Shown here in pieces: positions 31,771-39,520 of a stretch of 64,000 nucleotides of DNA. How positions within the stretch are numbered: the stretch's first letter is position 1; every line of letters begins with the position of its first letter. The notes under the pieces were generated by a model, which had not been told where the DNA came from, did no database searches, and saw only the letters and a program-made list of their open reading frames with translations. This stretch comes from Gemmatimonadales bacterium (GTDB lineage: Bacteria; Gemmatimonadota; Gemmatimonadetes; Gemmatimonadales; GWC2-71-9). The stretch is taken from the NCBI GenBank assembly GCA_033853695.1, contig JAWOLH010000045.1:593-64592 (forward strand), written 5' to 3'. The position numbers and the translations under genes were made by a program.

Positions 31771-32444
31771 CGCAGCACTCCCGTGAGCACGGCGATGGGA
31801 ACCGCCACAAAGCCGCCGGCGACCACGACGCTGAACGCCAGGGCGATGCGCCGGCGCCAGGCGTTATAGCGGGGGTGATTCAGACCGAGTGTCTGGCAGC
31901 CACTCACGATGCCGTGGTAGACGTGCAGGCAGAGCGCGCCCATGGCGACGATGTAACCGAGCGCCACCGGCACCCGGCCGAACGTCGCGAGTACGTTGTG
32001 ATACGGATCGCCGCGGACGAAGGACGGATTGGCCGGGCCGAACGTCAGGTCGAGCAGGTGAAAGATCACGAACAGCAGGATGATGACGCCGCCCCACCGC
32101 ATCGTGCGGGCGGCGTACGTCGTCTCGATCAGACGCAGCGTGCGGTAGTCGGTGGGGCGGGCCGCCCAGCTCGCCCGCGTGACCATCCACGCCGCGCCAA
32201 TGTGCAAGCCGACCGCGGCGATCAGCGCGAGGCGCACGATCCACAAGAGCTGACCCCGTCCGAAGAACGGCGCGCCAACGGTGCGCAGACCTTCGGCGTA
32301 CGCGTTGAAGTGCTCCGGCCCCTGAAACACCTTGAGGTTCCCCACCATGTGGCCGATCACGAAACCGAGGAGGACGACTCCACTGACCGCCATGACGACC
32401 TTCTTGCCGATGAGGAAGTGCGTGAGGGCGGTCACGCGGGCCAT
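31767..32444 (-). CDS. sdhC: succinate dehydrogenase cytochrome b558 subunit (single, 5-TM type)
   Basis: 225 aa from the ATG at 32444, preceded by GGAG. Five hydrophobic segments carry conserved His residues (GHMVGNL, GLHIGAA, IFHLLD, CLHVYHG). The stop overlaps the sdhA start. Confidence 0.8.
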   Translation of the reverse strand: MARVTALTHFLIGKKVVMAVSGVVLLGFVIGHMVGNLKVFQGPEHFNAYAEGLRTVGAPFFGRGQLLWIVRLALIAAVGLHIGAAWMVTRASWAARPTDYRTLRLIETTYAARTMRWGGVIILLFVIFHLLDLTFGPANPSFVRGDPYHNVLATFGRVPVALGYIVAMGALCLHVYHGIVSGCQTLGLNHPRYNAWRRRIALAFSVVVAGGFVAVPIAVLTGVLR

Positions 32445-32479
32445 CGCGGCTCCAGTGGAGGGGAAGGAGTTCGGCCCGG

Positions 32480-32509
32480 ATGATACATTGGACGCGCAGC
32501 GTGTGCCAA
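32480..32509 (-). promoter_or_regulatory. putative promoter of sdhCAB
   Basis: On the minus strand, TTGGCA (32509-32504), N18, TATCAT (32485-32480), about 35 nt upstream of the sdhC ATG. Confidence 0.45.
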
Positions 32510-32528
32510 CCTCCACGGGAGCGAGACC

Positions 32529-32870
32529 ATGGCGATCGCGACGGCGATGATAGCGTCCACGACCTTCGAGGTGCAGGGGCGCCGGATCCGGGAATACAAA
32601 GGCATGGTGCGGGGCATCATCGTCCGTGCGCCGACGATCAGCCAGGGTCTGCTCGGCGGGTTGAAATCGATCGTCGGCGGGCAGATCGGCGCCTACACCG
32701 AGATGTGCGAGCAGGCTCGCGCGACGGCCTATGACCGCATGATCGAGCATGCCCGCGAGCTCGGGGCCAACGCGGTCCTGGGCGTACGCTACGACGCCTC
32801 GGACGTCGGCAGCCGCAATTCGGCGGCGACCGAGGTCCTATGCTACGGCACCGCGGTCGTTTTGGAGTAG
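32529..32870 (+). CDS. ybjQ: YbjQ/UPF0145-family protein
   Basis: VRGIIVRAPTISQGLLGGLKSIVGGQIGAYTEMCEQAR..A..RMIEHARELGANAVLGVRYD is the family pattern. Confidence 0.85.
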   Translation: MAIATAMIASTTFEVQGRRIREYKGMVRGIIVRAPTISQGLLGGLKSIVGGQIGAYTEMCEQARATAYDRMIEHARELGANAVLGVRYDASDVGSRNSAATEVLCYGTAVVLE

Positions 32871-32874
32871 CGAC

Positions 32875-34155
32875 GTGCCCGGGATGCGGCCGACCGTCAT
32901 CGTCGTCGGTGCCGGGTTCGGGGGGCTGCGCGTCGCGCGGGCGCTGAAGCGTGCCCCGGTGGACGTGCTGCTCGTCGATCGCCACAACTACCACCTCTTC
33001 CAGCCGCTGCTCTACCAGGTCGCCACCGCGGGGCTCGAGCCGGAATCGATCGCCAAGCCGGTACGGGCGATCCTGCGCGGCCAGCGAAATTTCGATTTTC
33101 GCATGGCCGAGGTGACGGGCGTCGACTTCGGCGCCCACCGGCTCCTGACCGGCGACGGGCCGATCGGCTACGACTACCTGGTGCTGGCGACGGGGGCCGC
33201 CGCGAATTTCTACGGACTCGCCGGTGTCGAGCGGTGCGGCCTCACCTTGAAGGACGTCCCTGACGCCGTCCGCATCCGCAATCACGTCCTCTCCTGCTTC
33301 GAAGAGGCGATGTTCGAGCCCGACGCCGAGCGGCGACGGGCGCGGTTGACCTTCGTCGTGGTCGGAGGCGGACCCACGGGCGTCGAAATGGCGGGGTCGC
33401 TCTCCGAGCTGATCCGGCTGGTCCTCGTGAAGGACTACCGGCGTCTGGATCTGAAGGACGTGCGCATCCTGCTGCTCGAGGCGGGGAAGCGCCTGCTCGC
33501 GGGATTCCCCGAGGGGCTCTCCGACGCCGCCGCCGCTACGCTCTGGAAGAAGCATGTCGAGGTGCGCCATGGCGCCATGGTCACCGGCTTCGACGGCAAC
33601 GCGGTGACCTTGAAAGGCGGTGAGGTCATCCCGGCTCGCACGCTGATCTGGGCCGCGGGAGTGCAGGCCGCGCCGCTCGCCAGCCGACTCGGCGTGCCCA
33701 CGGCGCATCTCGGGAGAGTCCCCGTCGAGCCGACCCTGCAGCTCGCCGGCCACCCGGAGGTGTTCGTAATCGGCGACGCCGCCTATCTCGCAGCGCAAGG
33801 ACCTTCGCTCCCGATGATGGCGCCGGTCGCGATCCAGATGGGGGATACCGTCGCCCGCAGCATCCGCCGCATCCTGGGGGGGGAAGCGGCCGTGCCGTTC
33901 GTCTACAAGGATCCCGGAATGCTGGCGACGATCGGCCGCAACGCAGCGGTCGCGCGCATCCACGGCGTGTCGTTCCGGGGATTCCCGGCCTGGGTCGTCT
34001 GGCTCGTCGTACACCTCATTCAATTGATCGGATTCCGCAACCGGCTGGTCGTGTTGACCAACTGGGCATGGGACTACTTCTTTTACGAAAGGGCCGTGCG
34101 GCTCATCACAGCAGACGACACGAAACGACACGACGCAACACCGACGCGCACTTAG
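32875..34155 (+). CDS. ndh: type-II NADH:quinone oxidoreductase (NDH-2)
   Basis: VIVVGAGFGGL, HLFQPLLYQVATAGL and a second dinucleotide fold VVGGGPTGVEMAG, plus VIGDAA. Start is GTG 32875 or ATG 32884. Confidence 0.9.
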   Translation: MPGMRPTVIVVGAGFGGLRVARALKRAPVDVLLVDRHNYHLFQPLLYQVATAGLEPESIAKPVRAILRGQRNFDFRMAEVTGVDFGAHRLLTGDGPIGYDYLVLATGAAANFYGLAGVERCGLTLKDVPDAVRIRNHVLSCFEEAMFEPDAERRRARLTFVVVGGGPTGVEMAGSLSELIRLVLVKDYRRLDLKDVRILLLEAGKRLLAGFPEGLSDAAAATLWKKHVEVRHGAMVTGFDGNAVTLKGGEVIPARTLIWAAGVQAAPLASRLGVPTAHLGRVPVEPTLQLAGHPEVFVIGDAAYLAAQGPSLPMMAPVAIQMGDTVARSIRRILGGEAAVPFVYKDPGMLATIGRNAAVARIHGVSFRGFPAWVVWLVVHLIQLIGFRNRLVVLTNWAWDYFFYERAVRLITADDTKRHDATPTRT

Positions 34156-34180
34156 CCCCGACGAGGTGTCGGGGCTTTGT
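34154..34180 (+). terminator. intrinsic terminator after ndh (between convergent genes)
   Basis: AGCCCCGAC (34154-34162), loop GAGGT, GTCGGGGCT (34168-34176), followed by TTGT. Confidence 0.6.
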
Positions 34181-34235
34181 GCTGCTGTAGGCTGGAGTAC
34201 AGGACAACAACAGGACAATCTCGTACAAGCCGATT

Positions 34236-34733
34236 CTATGACCCTTTCGCGAGCGCCTGTCGCACCAGATCGATCAACTGTGCCTGCGTGAAGTACGGTT
34301 TCATCGCCAGCGTCTTCAGGTCGACCGACGGGAAGGCGCTGAGCACCACGAGCAGCTTCCCCTTACGCGCGACGACGATCGATGCGGTCCCCATCGCTTC
34401 ATCGCCTACCCCTGAGATGGCGTGCATCGTTGTCTGGTTGACGTAGTGCTCGAAGTCGTCGTGGCTCGCCACCTCATTGAGGTCGGCCAGCAACATCATG
34501 TGCGGCTTGGCGGCGCTCGGATCGTCGACGTAATTGCAGTCGCCCCCGGCGCCGATGCGCGGTTGCCGCGGGATCAGGGCGGCCTTCGGTTGACCCACTG
34601 TGCGGCCCACCAGCGCCGCGGGGACGTAGCGCTCGCACAGCGGGTTGATCTGCGGCTGGGCCTGCGCCGCGAGCGCCGACGGACCGGCACAGAGCGGGAG
34701 CAGCACGAGCGCCGCGACGAGTCGCCTCGACAT
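34236..34733 (-). CDS. hypothetical secreted protein (165 aa)
   Basis: The ATG at 34733 sits 5 nt downstream of a strong SD (AGAGGAGG). Signal peptide MSRRLVAALVLLPLCAGPSALAAQA. I recognise no family. Confidence 0.55.
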   Translation of the reverse strand: MSRRLVAALVLLPLCAGPSALAAQAQPQINPLCERYVPAALVGRTVGQPKAALIPRQPRIGAGGDCNYVDDPSAAKPHMMLLADLNEVASHDDFEHYVNQTTMHAISGVGDEAMGTASIVVARKGKLLVVLSAFPSVDLKTLAMKPYFTQAQLIDLVRQALAKGS

Positions 34734-34758
34734 GATGGCCTCCTCTAATGCGTGCGGC

Positions 34759-35226
34759 TCAGGGAGCGGCGCTGAACGTCGCCGTCGCGAGCGGCCCGTT
34801 GCCGGTGCAGCTGACGCTGCCCGCCGCACCGGACTCGCCGAGCTTCGTCAACGTGAAGGTGCAGTCGCCCTGCCGGGCGTTGAAGTTCCAAGGCTTTTGT
34901 GTCGGGCCGTAGTTGAGCGAGAAGTTGGAGATGCTCGCCTTGCCGTACTTTCCCGGCCCCTTGAGGAAGGAGAGCGAGAGCCGAATCTGGCAGTCCGGGC
35001 CCTTGCCGCTGTAGACCGCGCCGAAGACCTGGACGTTACCGCTGTAGAACTCGAGATCCGACCCGGGGTGGCTGAGCGTCGCGGTGCAGACGTCGTTGCC
35101 CAGCTTCGCTTCGAACTTGCCGCTGGTGAACTGCACGATCTTGTTGGGGGGACCCTGGGCGCGGAGCGGTACGGCGAGCGCGACGAGCGCCAACGAGGAG
35201 AGCAGCGTGCGAGCCCCGACGGTCAT
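34759..35226 (-). CDS. hypothetical secreted Cys-containing beta-rich protein (155 aa)
   Basis: ATG preceded by GGGAGG. Signal peptide MTVGARTLLSSLALVALAVPLRAQG. Four Cys residues in the mature part. I recognise no family. Confidence 0.6.
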   Translation of the reverse strand: MTVGARTLLSSLALVALAVPLRAQGPPNKIVQFTSGKFEAKLGNDVCTATLSHPGSDLEFYSGNVQVFGAVYSGKGPDCQIRLSLSFLKGPGKYGKASISNFSLNYGPTQKPWNFNARQGDCTFTLTKLGESGAAGSVSCTGNGPLATATFSAAP

Positions 35227-35468
35227 GGGAGCGCCTCCCGCTATGGGTTGTCGCTAAAACCCTAGCACCCCTTTCTGTCCCAGACCTTACTGAAGTTTCT
35301 CGGCGATCGTCCGGCTTGCCGCGTCCCCGGAACGCGTGGACGCGCACCGGGTCGATCGGATTCTGAATCCGCGCTAGCGGAGCAGTCCGTGCAACACGAG
35401 CGCCATTCCCGCTGTGGCGCAGGCGGTATGCGTGGCTGGCCGTGGTCCTGCACAAGAGCGGTGAGCCG

Positions 35469-36029
35469 CTACAGCTTTGGCAGCGTGATCCCGACCTGCG
35501 CCTGGTACTTTCCCTTCTTGTCGGCGTAGCTGCGCTCGCATTCGTCGCCTTCGTCCGCCGTGAAGAACAGCACCTGCGCGATGCCTTCATTGGCGTAGAT
35601 GCGAGCGGGGAGGGGCGTCGTGTTCGAGATCTCGAGTGTCACGAAGCCTTCCCACTCCGGCTCGAACGGTGTCACGTTGGTGATGATGCCGCAGCGGGCG
35701 TAGGTGCTCTTGCCGACGCAGATGGTGAGGACGTTGCGGGGGATACGGAAATATTCCACCGAGCGCGCCAGGGCGAATGAATTGGGCGGGACGATGCAGA
35801 CCGGCCCCGTGAACTCCACGAACGATTTCGGATCGAACGCCTTGGGGTCGACGATCGCCGACAGGGCGTTGGTGAAGATCTTGAACTCGGGCGCCACGCG
35901 CATGTCGTACCCGTAGGAGGAGACGCCGTAGGAGATGACGCCTTCGCGCACCTGGTCCTCGGCGAACGGTTCGATCATGCGATGTTCAGTGGCCATGCGA
36001 CGGATCCAGCGGTCGGACTTGATCGACAT
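35469..36029 (-). CDS. dcd: dCTP deaminase
   Basis: [24 protein letters not shown] and [26 protein letters not shown]. The upstream Met at 36053 would add 8 non-conserved residues. Confidence 0.93.
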   Translation of the reverse strand: MSIKSDRWIRRMATEHRMIEPFAEDQVREGVISYGVSSYGYDMRVAPEFKIFTNALSAIVDPKAFDPKSFVEFTGPVCIVPPNSFALARSVEYFRIPRNVLTICVGKSTYARCGIITNVTPFEPEWEGFVTLEISNTTPLPARIYANEGIAQVLFFTADEGDECERSYADKKGKYQAQVGITLPKL

Positions 36030-36077
36030 GGCGGGCCAATCTAACGGTGCCATCGATACTTACGCCACGCATTTCGG

Positions 36078-36106
36078 TTGACACGCCGCGAAGCCGCGAA
36101 TAATTT
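36078..36106 (+). promoter_or_regulatory. putative sigma70-type promoter of the nuo operon
   Basis: TTGACA (36078-36083), N17, TAATTT (36101-36106). An alternative -10 is AATAAT with N15. It lies 39 nt upstream of the nuoA GTG. Confidence 0.5.
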
Positions 36107-36109
36107 CAC
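36096..36109. promoter_or_regulatory. Rex/CRP-type inverted repeat, site 1 (overlaps -10)
   Basis: GCGAA-TAAT-TTCAC matches 9 of 10 core positions of GTGAA-N4-TTCAC. Confidence 0.35.
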
Positions 36110-36121
36110 GGGCGGGTACAA

Positions 36122-36135
36122 GTGAAATTTTTCAC
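36122..36135. promoter_or_regulatory. Rex/CRP-type inverted repeat, site 2 (in 5' leader of nuoA)
   Basis: GTGAA-ATTT-TTCAC is a perfect 5+5 inverted repeat with a 4-nt spacer, 10 nt upstream of the nuoA start codon. Confidence 0.45.
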
Positions 36136-36144
36136 GAGAGCGGT

Positions 36145-36516
36145 GTGCTCCGACCCTACAGCATCTTCCTGATCCTGTTTGTCTTCGTCGTGGCCAACGC
36201 GGCCATGATGCTCCTGTTGTCGCATTTCGCCGGTCCTCGCCGCCCCACCGCGATCAAGGGCACGCCGTATGAGAGCGGAATACCTCCCCTGGGTGGCGCC
36301 CGCGAGCGATTCTCGGTGAAGTTCTACATGGTGGCCATGCTGTTCATCGTGTTCGATATCGAAACGGTGTTCCTGCTTCCCTGGGCGGCGATTTACAAAG
36401 CCGGTGCGGCGGGCGTCAGCACCGGATTTCTCCTGGTAGAGATGGTGGTGTTTCTCGTGATCCTCGCGATCGGATATGTGTATGTCTGGAAGCGGGGAGC
36501 CCTACAATGGGACTGA
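36145..36516 (+). CDS. nuoA: NADH-quinone oxidoreductase subunit A
   Basis: GTG start. Three TM segments, YESGI motif ([11 protein letters not shown]) and [13 protein letters not shown]. Confidence 0.92.
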   Translation: MLRPYSIFLILFVFVVANAAMMLLLSHFAGPRRPTAIKGTPYESGIPPLGGARERFSVKFYMVAMLFIVFDIETVFLLPWAAIYKAGAAGVSTGFLLVEMVVFLVILAIGYVYVWKRGALQWD

Positions 36517-36517
36517 C

Positions 36518-37135
36518 ATGAAACACGTGATCGAAACTAAAGAGGTGGCCGGGAGTCCGAACTACCACCTCACGACCTGGAAGCGTCTGGTGGACTGGGC
36601 GGTCAATCAATCGCGCGCCAATAGCCTGTGGCCGATGCCGTTCGGGACCGCCTGCTGTGCCATCGAGTTCATGGCCACGGCCGCCTCCCGCTTCGACATC
36701 GCGCGCTTCGGGATGGAGCGGCAGGCGTTCTCGCCGCGCCAGGCGGACGTGCTGATCTGTGCCGGCCGGCTACCGTTCAAGCTGGCACCGGTGATCCGGC
36801 GCATCTACGACCAGATGCCGCAACCGAAGTGGGTGATCTCGATGGGTGCCTGTGCCTCGAGCGGCGGGATCTTCGACAACTACGCGATGGTGCAGGGGAT
36901 CGACACGATCGTGCCGGTGGACGTCTATGTGCCCGGGGGCCCGCCGCGGCCCGAAGGGCTGCTCTACGGCATTCTGCTGCTGCACAAGAAGATCAAGGGT
37001 GAATCGCTGTTCGACGCCGTGCGGCGGCGTGACGAGCAGCCGCTCGACGAGCACGGGCTGCGGCTGCCGCCCGCCGCGATCGACGAAGTCTCCGAGCCGT
37101 TCGGCAACTCCGTCCACCAGTTCCGCTCGGCGTGA
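36518..37135 (+). CDS. nuoB: NADH-quinone oxidoreductase subunit B (note PGGPP in place of PGCPP)
   Basis: [30 protein letters not shown] and [15 protein letters not shown]. Confidence 0.93.
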   Translation: MKHVIETKEVAGSPNYHLTTWKRLVDWAVNQSRANSLWPMPFGTACCAIEFMATAASRFDIARFGMERQAFSPRQADVLICAGRLPFKLAPVIRRIYDQMPQPKWVISMGACASSGGIFDNYAMVQGIDTIVPVDVYVPGGPPRPEGLLYGILLLHKKIKGESLFDAVRRRDEQPLDEHGLRLPPAAIDEVSEPFGNSVHQFRSA

Positions 37136-37752
37136 ACGCCACCGTCGGCGCGCTGCAGGCGACCTTCGGAAACGCGATCGGCCGCGCGAGCGAGCTGCGC
37201 GACGGCTGGACGAGCGTCACCGTCCGCGCCGAGCGGCTGCGCGAGGTCATGGCCTGGCTGCACGACACCCCGGGTCAGCGGTACGACTACCTCGTCGACG
37301 TCACCGCCGTCGAGTATCGCGATCGCGAGCGGCCGCTCGAGATCGTCTATCAGCTGCGCTCGCTCGAGCGCAACAGCAACCTGCGCGTGAAGGTGGAGCT
37401 CGATCCCCGGGGCGAGCTGGCGGTCGATTCCGTGACCTCGCTCTGGAAGGGAGCGGATTGGCTGGAGCGCGAGGTGTACGACATGTTCGGGGTCGTCTTC
37501 GCCGGGCATCCCGACTTGCGCCGCATCCTGATGTGGGAGACGTATGTCGAAGGCTATCCGCTGCGCAAGGATTTCCCGCTGCGCGGCCGGTTCAGCCGGT
37601 CGGAGCAGGTCCGCCAGGCGTTGAACGTCAATCCCGAAGCGAACTACTCGCTGGAGGAGCTGTCGATCGCGGAAGAGTACGATGAGCTCCCCGCCGACAT
37701 ACGCGAGCGATTGAGTCGCGGCGAGCGCGGCAAAGTCCGGGAATCCGAATGA
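37132..37752 (+). CDS. nuoC: NADH-quinone oxidoreductase subunit C
   Basis: GTG overlaps the nuoB stop. Motifs [40 protein letters not shown]. Confidence 0.92.
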   Translation: MNATVGALQATFGNAIGRASELRDGWTSVTVRAERLREVMAWLHDTPGQRYDYLVDVTAVEYRDRERPLEIVYQLRSLERNSNLRVKVELDPRGELAVDSVTSLWKGADWLEREVYDMFGVVFAGHPDLRRILMWETYVEGYPLRKDFPLRGRFSRSEQVRQALNVNPEANYSLEELSIAEEYDELPADIRERLSRGERGKVRESE

Positions 37753-39014
37753 CGAAGCGGACCGTCGAGCTCGAGCTCGCGACCCCCGGGGTCGACGCGC
37801 AGGGACAGCCGACTCGTGTACCCCTACCGGCGGAGGAGCCGGGTCTCGGGGGCGAGCACCTGCTCATCAACCTCGGCCCCCAGCACCCGGCGACCCACGG
37901 CGTACTACGGCTCGTCGTCGAGCTGGACGGCGAGACGGTGGTACGGGTGATCCCGCACATCGGCTATCTGCACTCCGGGTTCGAGAAGCTGGGCGAGTAC
38001 CGCCACTACAACCAGATCATCCCCCTCACCGACCGCACCGACTACCTCTCGCCGATGGCGAACAACGTCGGGTTTGCCCTCGCCGCCGAGCGCCTGATGG
38101 GGATCGAGATCACGCCACGCTGCACCGTGCTGCGGGTGATCGCATGCGAGATGAGCCGCATCATCTCGCACATGGTCTGGCTTGGGACGACCGCGATCGA
38201 CCTCGGCGCCTTCACACCGTTCCTGTGGGCATTCCAGGAGCGCGAACGCATCTACAACCTGCAGGAGATGTGGACCGGCGCCCGCCTCACGACGAGCCTG
38301 ACGCGCGTCGGCGGGCTGATGGCGGATATCCCGGACGGCTTCGTCGAGGGGCTGCGCGATTTCACGCGGACGTTCCCCAACACCCTCGATGAGATCGACC
38401 GGGTGCTCACGCGCAACGCCATCTGGGCGGGCCGTACGCAGGGGATCGGCGTGCTCACGGCGGAAGAGGCGATCAACTACTCGCTCTCGGGACCGATGCT
38501 GCGGGCGTCGGGCGTGCCGTGGGATATGCGCAAGGACCAACCCTATCTCGGGTATGAGACGTACGATTTCGAGGTGCCGGTGGGCGAGCACGGCGACGTC
38601 TACGACCGCTTCCTCGTCCGCCTCGAGGAGTGCTATCAGTCGAACAAGATCCTGATCCAGGCGCTCGACCGTCTCCCCGACGGACCGATCAACGTCGCCG
38701 ACCCGCACGTCATCCTCCCACCCAAATCGCGGGCGATGAACGACATGGAGGCGATGATCTACCATTTCAAGCAGGTGATGGAAGGGGTGAAGGCGCCGGT
38801 CGGTGAGGCGTACGTCGGGATCGAGAACCCCAAGGGCGAGTTGGGTAACTACCTCGTCTCCGACGGCACGGCGAAGCCGGTGCGCTGGCGCATCCGGCCG
38901 CCGGCGTTCATCAACCTCGCCTCGATTTCCAAGATGGCCGAGGGGCACCTCCTCTCCGACCTGATCGCGATCAACGCGTCGGTGGACATCGTGATGGGCG
39001 AGGTGGACCGATGA
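37749..39014 (+). CDS. nuoD: NADH-quinone oxidoreductase subunit D
   Basis: NLGPQHPATHGVLRL, HIGYLHSGFEKL, DRTDYLS and C-terminal IVMGEVDR. Confidence 0.95.
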   Translation: MTKRTVELELATPGVDAQGQPTRVPLPAEEPGLGGEHLLINLGPQHPATHGVLRLVVELDGETVVRVIPHIGYLHSGFEKLGEYRHYNQIIPLTDRTDYLSPMANNVGFALAAERLMGIEITPRCTVLRVIACEMSRIISHMVWLGTTAIDLGAFTPFLWAFQERERIYNLQEMWTGARLTTSLTRVGGLMADIPDGFVEGLRDFTRTFPNTLDEIDRVLTRNAIWAGRTQGIGVLTAEEAINYSLSGPMLRASGVPWDMRKDQPYLGYETYDFEVPVGEHGDVYDRFLVRLEECYQSNKILIQALDRLPDGPINVADPHVILPPKSRAMNDMEAMIYHFKQVMEGVKAPVGEAYVGIENPKGELGNYLVSDGTAKPVRWRIRPPAFINLASISKMAEGHLLSDLIAINASVDIVMGEVDR

Positions 39015-39520
39015 GCGTGACGCACCCGGAGGGCACCGAGGCCTACGAGCCGGTGTTCGAGGGGCGCCGCCTCGAGGAGCTGAACAAGCTGCTCACGCGC
39101 TATCCCACCAAGCAGGCGGCGCTGCTCCCCGCGCTGTGGATGGTGCAGCGGGAGCGCGGCTGGATCTCCGATCAGAACATGGCGGAAGTGGCCGAAGTGC
39201 TCGGTCTCACGGCGGCCTACGTGAAGGGCGTGGTCACCTTCTATACGATGTACCACCAGCACCCGGTGGGCCGGCACTTCGTGCAGATCTGCACCACGTC
39301 GCCGTGCAACCTGTGCGGCGCCGAGGATGTGGTGAAGGCCTTTCTCAAGGAGACCGGCGCCGGGGAGCTGGGCGCCACGAGCCCCGACGGGCGATGGACG
39401 GTGATCGAGGTCGAATGCCTCGGTGCCTGCGGCTTCGCGACGCCGCTTCTGGTGGACGACGACTTCATCGAGAGCGTGACGCCGGAGAAGGTGAAAGACC
39501 TCGTGCGGAAGTACCTCTGA
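39011..39520 (+). CDS. nuoE: NADH-quinone oxidoreductase subunit E
   Basis: 2Fe-2S ligands in ICTTSPCNLCG and VECLGACGFATP. Confidence 0.94.
   Translation: MSVTHPEGTEAYEPVFEGRRLEELNKLLTRYPTKQAALLPALWMVQRERGWISDQNMAEVAEVLGLTAAYVKGVVTFYTMYHQHPVGRHFVQICTTSPCNLCGAEDVVKAFLKETGAGELGATSPDGRWTVIEVECLGACGFATPLLVDDDFIESVTPEKVKDLVRKYL

Noticed and set aside
35357-35371. CGGA-TTCTGAA-TCCG, which resembles a tRNA-Gln (CUG) anticodon stem-loop. It is close to the E. coli tRNA-Gln CCGGA-UUCUGAU-UCCGG arm.
   Set aside because: There is no T-arm (no GTTCRANYC), no D-arm and no acceptor stem pairing in the flanks on either strand. It is at best a chance hairpin or a very degraded remnant.
35262-35453. 63-aa minus-strand ORF inside the 242-nt dcd / secreted-gene gap.
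   Set aside because: GTG start without SD. The composition is Arg/Pro/Ser-rich and non-protein-like. It overlaps the strongest hairpins, so it is more likely non-coding.
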